From Catajapyx aquilonaris (taxonomy: Eukaryota), in NCBI GenBank assembly GCA_000934665.2, contig KZ538775.1, forward strand, positions 46,195-66,194: a stretch of 20,000 bases of DNA, given 5' to 3'. Each line of letters opens with the position of its first letter. The stretch's first letter is position 1. A model generated the notes under the pieces. The model had not been told where the DNA came from, did not search any database, and worked only from the letters and a program-made list of their open reading frames with translations. A program made the position numbers and the translations under genes. This document shows, in pieces, positions 12,836-20,000 of this stretch.

Positions 12836-13009
12836 TTGTAATAATTTGTAATAAAAAATCAGTACATTTGCACATTACATTATTTGCAATAATTTTTCAT
12901 TAAAAATCAGCACATGCGTACATTAAATCATTTGCAATACTTTTTGATATAAAATCAGTACATTTGTACATTACATGATTTGTAATAATTTGTAATTAAA
13001 AATTATTAC
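12836..13009. repeat. Degenerate AT-rich 48-bp minisatellite, about 3.5 copies
   Basis: The anchor ATCAG recurs at 12858, 12906 and 12954 (period 48). The unit is approximately aaaaatcagtacatttgyacattacatnatttgyaataatttktnatt. Confidence 0.9.
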
Positions 13010-13171
13010 AAAATATGAATGTCAACAAGTGATGGGAAATTTTAATGAGTGATTATTTCAAGTTTAGAAGAAGAAAAATATCTCAATAATTTGCAAATAA
13101 TTGTGTACAATATTGTTAAAAATTGAAATGGCGAAAAAGTGTTAAATAGCAGTCAACATTATTTGTTTCAG

Positions 13172-13412
13172 GACGAAGTAGTGGCCATATCGGAGAAAGT
13201 GGTGTTGAAAGTGGAGGATGTTCTGGTGTGGATGACGGAGGACGTGAAGTGGCAACGGGGACTGTGTGCCGTGTGGGAAAAGGAGTGTTTGTCGCCAGGT
13301 CCTGATGGCGCCCCAGAGGAGCTGTCCAACAACGACCGGACCACCGACGGATTCCCTCTTTGCGGTGGCTTCCTAGACCTGAGGGACATTCAGAAAGAGA
13401 AGCAGCTTTTGG
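13172..13412 (+). CDS. ARID5B: Internal coding exon (241 nt, phase 0 to phase 1) of an ARID5B-like AT-rich interactive domain protein; N-terminal BAH-like region
   Basis: Seen: acceptor ...ttatttgtttcag ends at 13171 and donor GTGAGT is at 13413-13418. The open frame reads DEVVAISEKVVLKVEDVLVWMTEDVKWQRGLCAVWEKECLSPGPDGAPEELSNNDRTTDGFPLCGGFLDLRDIQKEKQLL(G). Recalled: human ARID5B has DEVIAVSEKVIVKLEDLVKWVHSDFSKWRCG...LNFKDVLKEKADLG, matching both ends of the peptide. As I recall, its exon 3 also starts at this D in phase 0 and ends in the G codon in phase 1. Alignment is from memory, not a database search. Confidence 0.88.
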
Positions 13413-13481
13413 GTGAGTCACTTTATTTATCCATCAGGCCCTTGACCCTGGCCGAACAACAGTGGGGTTCACACGCGGGTG

Positions 13482-13574
13482 TCGTTAGTCGTTGAGGTTG
13501 AGAATTAACCAATCAGAGCTCGTGGCAGCTCGTACGCTGATTGGTTGATCCGAACCACAGGGGACGATTGGCGG
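13482..13574 (+). other. Imperfect inverted repeat / predicted ~90-nt RNA hairpin containing two opposed CCAATCAG motifs
   Basis: ATTAACCAATCAG (13504-13516) pairs with CTGATTGGTTGAT (13537-13549). GGTT (13496-13499) pairs with AACC (13553-13556). GTTAGTCGTT (13484-13493) pairs with GACGATTGGC (13563-13572) using G-U pairs. Confidence 0.7.
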
Positions 13575-14448
13575 AAGGTTGAGCGCGCATTGCGGTGTTG
13601 CCATTTTCTCCACACGATTTATTGGTCCCTTTTTGAGGCATCGGAATGGAATGCAGTGAAAGTAACGTTTGGGTAATGCAGTAACTGGGGTTGTTGGAGG
13701 AAAATTAACTCGACTGGCGAACATCCTATCGATTGAGGTAGGTCGATAGCCTCCCCCCTCCCCCCTTTCCACTCACGGAATATTGCGAAATTTTACGTCC
13801 GATTTTCTAATAAAAGCAGACCACTACAACCTATTGAATAATGCAATTAGTAACAAGAGTATCGGTGTAGCATTGATTGCCAATTTAAGTTCAGAGGATG
13901 GGCACAGCAGTTTGAAACTAGCAGTCAAAACTTAGATATTGACTTTTTCTTTTCTTTTCTTTCCTTGGGTGTGGTTTTAGAGAGCGAAGGAGTCGTGAGG
14001 CATGTTTTGTTTGAAATTGACCCCGTGGAAATGAGGAAATGACATCACGTCGCGTCTCCTAAAATACATTTCTGCTGGAAAAAGCCTGAGACGCAAGACA
14101 TATTGGAAACAGTGCGAAAAAAATATATGTGACAGGTCCTGCCGGAAAAAACGCTGTTGGTCTGATTTATCTCCCGATAAAATATTGCCGATCACGACAG
14201 TTATCCGGGCAATTATTTCTTGTCCGGAATTAAATTCTGGCTGCAGATTTTTGCAGGCACCCCCGAATCATAATTTTTCATCTCCTCATTTACATTCGTG
14301 ACGCGTGGCACGTGCAAAAAAAAAAAAAGAAAGAAGAGAAGGAATTGATAATCGATACCCAAGAACATGCTCTATCCAGTGTCTGAAACAACATGGTAAA
14401 AAAAAGAACCGAGGGGGGGATTGGACAGTGCTCCCCCCCCCCCCCCGG

Positions 14449-14456
14449 TGACGTCA
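14449..14456. promoter_or_regulatory. Full CRE palindrome
   Basis: gTGACGTCAt, just after a long C run. Confidence 0.35.
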
Positions 14457-16838
14457 TGATTAATTGAACAAACTCCGGATCAATTGCGACAGAAAAGAGC
14501 TCCCTGTACAACTTATCACATAACTTGGAGGAGGGTCCCCTGGAGGCAAGTCGGATCTAACTTCAGTATTTTGTGTTACAAAAGAATCGATCGATTGGGC
14601 CAGATTGGGTGGAGGGGGGGGGAGAAGGAGTGGGAGGGAGTGAGGGGGAGGTGATGTTTCTGGACGTCTCAGCCAAGCTTTTCTATTTTATATCAGCTTC
14701 CTTTTCAACTCTGTCACATTCGATTTTTGTTCCTCCTTTTTTTTTTGGTCGCGTCTTATCCTTTAGAAGGTCTCCTGTTTTAATTTCTATTCTTTTTGAC
14801 AAAAGGAGGATTTTTGGGCACTGTTGCGGTTTCATTTTTTTTATATACCTCCTCCGAGCGCTTATCCTGAGGGGTCTCTGACCAAATTGGTGAAATAATT
14901 GCGACATCGGTTCCCACGAGTAAATCTCGCCGGGGCTTCGAATTGTGTGCGAGAGAGTTATTTTTTGGCTTGTTTGACTTTCTACCACATTGGCCTCGTT
15001 TTGTACGCTGAATGGGTCGGGAGAAAATCGCATTTTTTTAACCCCCCTCCATCTCTCTTAGCCCTATACCAATTTTTTCTCGTTTATTATTTTTTTTGTT
15101 AGCGAACTGACTCCAAAAAAAATTGTATAAGCACATTCAGGAAGTAAAAATGAGGGCACAATTACTGCGTGTAAACCGTGCGTGATTTTCACACTTTTGC
15201 GTACTTCGCTAATCTTTCGTAAGCACTGCATCACATGAGGTTAAAAGTATAATGTCGTGACGTGAACGACTTGTGTTATCTGTGAAGTTTCTGACTGATA
15301 AATCAATGCTGACTGAGTGTTTACTGACCTGTAACATCAAGATGTAAATGGTAATATGTTTTTTTCCCCTCTCCCTTGAAGCCCGATAAGCCCTCTGTGC
15401 TTATTGTATGTGCATAAAATTACTGAGCCGCTGTCGTCCTTCTAGCTAGATTACAACTCGGTATAAGAAAATGGATGTAGTAACTTCTGTTCAGCCAGCC
15501 GTTGCACAATATGTCCTTGGCTGTAAAATTATATATGAAGGATAAAATGCCCCGCAAAATTTAGCTGGTGGCTACCCCCTGGCCAAATTGAATGATGCAA
15601 ATTGAAATAGTCTGTGACCCGCAATTAAAATCGTGCCTAGTAATCTAATCTGCCGTTATCGATATCGCTCACTGGCGTGACGCGTTATTCACGAAGCCCT
15701 ATGCATAACTGGCTGTGTGTATTAATTCTGCCTAATTAAGTATTCCTACCCGATAAAAAGTCGTTACGTACATTTTGACGTGTGAGGTATTGTAAAAGGA
15801 AAACAAGGGTGGTGTCAGGCTTTGCAACAATGTTTATCTTCCGGTTGCTGGATTTCCCAAGAGTTAGCGTCGAGTTTATCGCCGAGCCGACTCCATAATC
15901 GGCTTTATTTGCGAGGGGGCCTAATGGAATATTACGTGTAGATGATATTACTTCCGCGAAATTACAGCCGAGTTAGCGTCAATTTTATCACCGGTCAACG
16001 ATGTTTATAAATTGTTCGATTGTTGCCAATTTTTTTTTCCTCTTCGAAATGTGCTGGATAAGAATTGGTGGGGGGGGGGGGAGGTATATAGGGGAAAGCT
16101 TCCTATAATGACCGTATTGTCTGGAGTTGAAACAAGTTTGCGGGAGGTTGAAAGGATGTAATCTCATCACTATGCAGGAGGCCATTAGGCCTGCATATAT
16201 TTGCGCTGCTGTTTACTCGCGGAAAGTCTCACAACTCCAACTTGATCGTTTTTTCCTCGAAGGACTCCGGAGTTTTCCTTGCATGGTTTCTTCAAAAGGA
16301 ATATATATTTTAATTTTCCCTTCTTTTTTTTGTCTTTTCTTTTTGCTCTCAGCCCTCTCCCGATTTAAATCTTATTTTTATCGCCATTTTTACGACTTCT
16401 ATTTGGTGCCGACCAAATAGGACGGGGATAATATTGTTATGCAAATTTCGTGCATTCTCTCGTGAAATGTCATACATGTGGACATGCAAATGAGCGCCGT
16501 TTTTTTGATATTTAACGACCGCCGTAAAATTAATGTCCATTGCCGGATAATGCACTGCGATATTGGTTCCTCTCTCGGCGTTCATTGCGCCTTCTCTGTA
16601 AATGCCAGGATCTGACATTGATTGTGATCATTCGCCATTTTTTTAGCAACATGCCATTTTTCGCTATATATTTTTTTTGTTTCGTATGCACCTAGCAGGT
16701 TTTTTTTTTTGTTGCCAGTTTGTTCCCGTAGAGGAAAAGGGCGCCCAATAAAAGTTCAAATGGTGCTGCTTGACAAACTATGAGCTCTGGGCTGTCGAGA
16801 GAGGAGGGGGGGATTGCGCTTGCTGTATTGATCTACAA

Positions 16839-16902
16839 GGGGGGGGAAAGATGGGGGGGGGGGAAGGGAGGAGAAGGGGAGGGAAAAGGTAGGGGAGGTG
16901 GG
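16839..16902 (+). other. Polypurine/G-rich tract; G-quadruplex-capable on the + (pre-mRNA sense) strand
   Basis: Multiple G3-G11 runs with short A-rich spacers. Confidence 0.6.
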
Positions 16903-19900
16903 AGGACAGAAAGGTGTTCTTATACTAAGATATAAAAAAAGGAAGAAAAAGAAGGGGGTNGGGGGGGCTATCTCTAGGAATGGCGTGCCGTTCAGGAAGG
17001 ATGCAATCAGGAGAGTATTACCCACTCTGGGTAATATGTTGGTCTCGAAATGGCTACGGTGTATGTTCTCTTTTTTCAATTTTTTTTTGTAACTCTAATG
17101 AAAGTGTAACGATGGGTACGTAAAAAAGTTGGGAACAAAAAAAAAACATTTGGCGAGTACTCGTTGGTAATTGTTGCGTTAATCACATTTTCCACAGAGC
17201 ATGAAAACGAGATGTGTGATGTGCAGTTAATCTATAAAGATGAGTGTACTCTCGCCGTTAACCATCAGAGGGGTATAAATGGGGTACTTTGTTTCTGCAG
17301 TGTAACATTATGATAATTTTATTACTTGTGCTGCATATAAATAAATTAGTTCGTGCCTCTCACTCTATCTCACGTCGCAATTCCATCCAGTTATTTTAGG
17401 TGACAGCGCCGTCTGTATAATATTACGTGCCTTGGGAGGGTTCTTTTATATATGCATTACTTTTCATGCGCCATGCTTTTTGGAAGGTAATACAGTACAA
17501 GCCACATAAGTAGGACAATTAAGTTGCTTCCGTATAATTCATTGTTATTTTAGTACCCGTAGGCCTAATTTTTTTAGTACACTGAATCTGCAAAGTTTAC
17601 AACTCAATTTGTGCAAAATTCACGTCGGGAGATAAACATGTATAACATTGTGCAGCTTGCAGCTAAAAATAGCCGGCATATACGGATGACTGACTCGCAA
17701 AGAGTTTTATTACACCCTGTACACTACAGGTTTACAGTGCGTAACCAGGTCGCAATAAAATTGCCCCCGCGCGGCACTATCCCTTTTTATAATGTATAGA
17801 GCCAGTGCACAAAAGCAGGGCTAATTACCGCTCGGCATAAGCTTGTGAGGCGATTTTAAAACATTACCGCGACATTTGCGAGCTCGATATTATATGTTTT
17901 AATTAGACTCATCCCTATGCAGAGCTGTATATTGTGCAGTACAACGCGTTTGTTCGTCGACATGCGGTTTGCAGACACACACACACGCACACAATACTAT
18001 GTATTTTTTTTTTTTAATAGGAGAGAGAATTCCAGACGGTATTTTGCTGCCTGAATAATATTCCCTAGGCAAATATCGGCTTCATGAGACCTCCATTTAC
18101 TGTAGTCGGCAGCGTCATTGCGGGGAACGAGCAGGAATTAATTAACGATTCATTAATTTAAAAAGCAAGTAATTTTGGGGGGAGGCAACCTGTAGCCCTC
18201 CCTCTCTTCCCCCCCCCCCCTTCACGTGTATTGATTTGCCAACTGGACTGCGGCGCTTTCAATGTTGTTTCTTCACTCCCCCCCAATACCCTCCTCTCGC
18301 AACTTTGCCGCTTGAATAGAAGAGCAAATGGGGTTTATATAGCCCCTCTATTGCATGGGGCCTTTTTTTTTTTCCAAGAAGGGATAATCCCCAGAAATCT
18401 GACAAACAACACAAAAATTCCCCTTCATAACTCGGGCGTTCAGTCAATATATGGGCCTATATATTTTTTTTAAAAAAGTCGTTCATTTAGTTAATAACGA
18501 TTACAGTTTTGTGTCGTGATGCGAAAAGCTTGGAAGACTCTTGGGGAAGGGGGTATTACATTAACATAGTCGCATGAAAGGCTAGCGTTGACTTTGTGCG
18601 CGGTATTGGATTCGTATCACCATAGTTACAGTTTTTTTAACGACCTCCAGTGGAGCTCGGATATTTTTATATGCATTTTTTTTTGACGCGAACTGTATAT
18701 AAAAATTGTGGCTGCCAGATACAGCGTCTGTAAGACGCGAATATTAATGAAAAATAACACGCTGTTACAAGCCTCGCCAGATTAATCTTGATTTTATCTA
18801 ATACGATTACATTGAGGTGTCAAACCCAATATTTCCTACACAGTAATAAACCACCCCACGCAGAAAAAAACGAGGGTGATCTATCGTTCAAACTGATGGA
18901 CGGGCGTATGCCTGGTAATTTCTCTACCCCCCTCTCCATTCACCTCCTTCAACACTCCCTCTCTTCCTCCAACCCTCCCCCATTTTGGAGGTTCGACTTG
19001 CACGAGCCAACCTCATTATGCAAATCTGTCCCTCGGAGAAGTGAGCTTGTCTTGTGGGAAATTGTCTCGTGATTATATTGCGGGGGACTCTCCAGAGTTG
19101 CATTTTGTCAAAAGCAGGGTTTTCACAAAGAGCCTGATTTCTGGACGACTTGGCTCGGAGGAATATTCCACAGTAAACCCCCCCTCCACCAACAGAGAGA
19201 AAGAGGAGGGGGGGGGGGGTTGCTTTTGAGTTTTGTGAAAGAAAACGGTGGGTTTTTAGCAGAAAACGGTCATTTTGATCCCCACTCAATGACTTTGCTC
19301 GTATGCAAATGAAAATTAAAGACCGGGCCGGAAGGATGATCTGTATGAAGCGCATAGACAGACAGCATTTAAAAAAAAAAGTTCTATAAAAAAACATTAG
19401 TACCGTGTCTCCGGGAAGAGGATTTTGGCCGGGGATGAATGACAGGATCGATTTTCCGGGACAGGATAATGTCATGTCAGCGAAGGGAGCTCTCAAATTG
19501 CTTTACACTTAACGGATTTTGAGCTCTCCGTACAGGATGTTTAACCCTGAAATGAAGCGGAATTCCCCCCCCCCNCCCCCCCTCGCTCTTTGTTGTGATT
19601 GACTTCAATCTTTTCTCTTTAACACTTCTCACCAGCAGCTGGTAATAGGCCAATCACCCGCAATTTTTGTCGATATGGCTTTTTTTTAACAAAAAATAAT
19701 AAAAACAATGAGCATGATAAGACGGATTCAGGTTCCCATTGTGTTCATAGGCTAACAATAATCCCGAAAAAAAATGAACTTTTTAATCTTGGCAAGCTCC
19801 TTTTTTTTCATGACTTCCCGCGGACCTTTTACCACGGTGTAAGGAATTAAAGGGGTCTTGGTATGTATTACTGGGAACTAAGTGGATACTCCCGACGCCA

Positions 19901-19943
19901 AAAAGCAAATGAATCAGTCCCGTTTATTTCCAACATTGAAGGC

Positions 19944-19957
19944 GTTGCCATGACAAC
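19944..19957 (+). promoter_or_regulatory. Candidate RFX X-box
   Basis: GTTGCC-AT-GACAAC fits GTHNYY-AT-RRNAAC. Motif match only. Confidence 0.45.
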
Positions 19958-20000
19958 CTTTCCAGCCTTTAGGGGTCATGGTAGTGGAGGAGTTGGTTGG

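Larger units (their letters stand above)
1..13171 (+). other. Probable large intron upstream of the ARID5B-like exon (5' end outside the window; unrecognised alternative or non-coding exons are possible)
   Basis: Ends in a pyrimidine-rich tract plus CAG. I found no + strand segment resembling the expected preceding exon (...LYFLPEDTPxGR...HGE). The sequence is homopolymer-rich and looks non-coding. Confidence 0.65.
13413..20000 (+). other. Probable large intron downstream of the ARID5B-like exon (3' end outside the window)
   Basis: Starts with canonical GTGAGT. The expected next-exon motif (VLSYPxYCRYR-like) was not found in the remaining 6.6 kb. Confidence 0.65.

Noticed and set aside
13116..13421. 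Two - strand ORFs (101 aa and 73 aa) overlapping the exon
   Set aside because: They are antisense shadows of the real coding exon with no recognisable family.
13139..13495. 118-aa ORF treated as a complete gene
   Set aside because: It has a non-ATG start, and the similarity to ARID5B is confined between the AG at 13170-13171 and the GT at 13413. The rest is intronic read-through.
14179..14199. KYCRSR peptide resembling the YCRYR motif of the next ARID5B exon
   Set aside because: The flanking residues do not match, and the frame stops about 10 codons later.
2250..15993. CRISPR-like interpretation of the tandem and direct repeats
   Set aside because: There are no identical repeats separated by unique equal-length spacers, no cas genes, and the context is a eukaryotic intron.
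976..18230. CACGTG E-boxes (about six)
   Set aside because: The count is close to chance expectation for a 6-mer in 20 kb.
18924..19496. Longest ORF in the track (190 aa, - strand)
   Set aside because: It has a non-ATG start, contains homopolymer-derived FFF/PPP/GGGG tracts and shows no recognisable domain.

Overview
This is eukaryotic (metazoan) genomic DNA from a draft assembly, with four N runs and many long G/C/A/T homopolymers. CpG is not visibly depleted, which suggests an invertebrate. There is no prokaryotic gene structure, operon, CRISPR array, rRNA or tRNA. The only convincing coding feature is one internal exon on the + strand (13172-13412, ttgtttcag|...|gtgagt, phase 0 to 1). It encodes DEVVAISEKVVLKVEDVLVW...LDLRDIQKEKQLLG, which I recognise as the N-terminal BAH-like region of ARID5B, equivalent to vertebrate exon 3. 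The rest of the window is most simply two large introns of that gene (>13 kb upstream, >6.5 kb downstream). These hold a 150-bp tandem duplication carrying a tiny TA-flanked Tc1/mariner-like inverted-repeat element, a 48-bp minisatellite, microsatellites and a diverged dispersed repeat. They also hold a ~90-nt hairpin just after the exon, and candidate CRE and RFX X-box motifs. I judge the other ORFs in the track spurious. I did not find a supportable novel biological system; the findings are modest leads.
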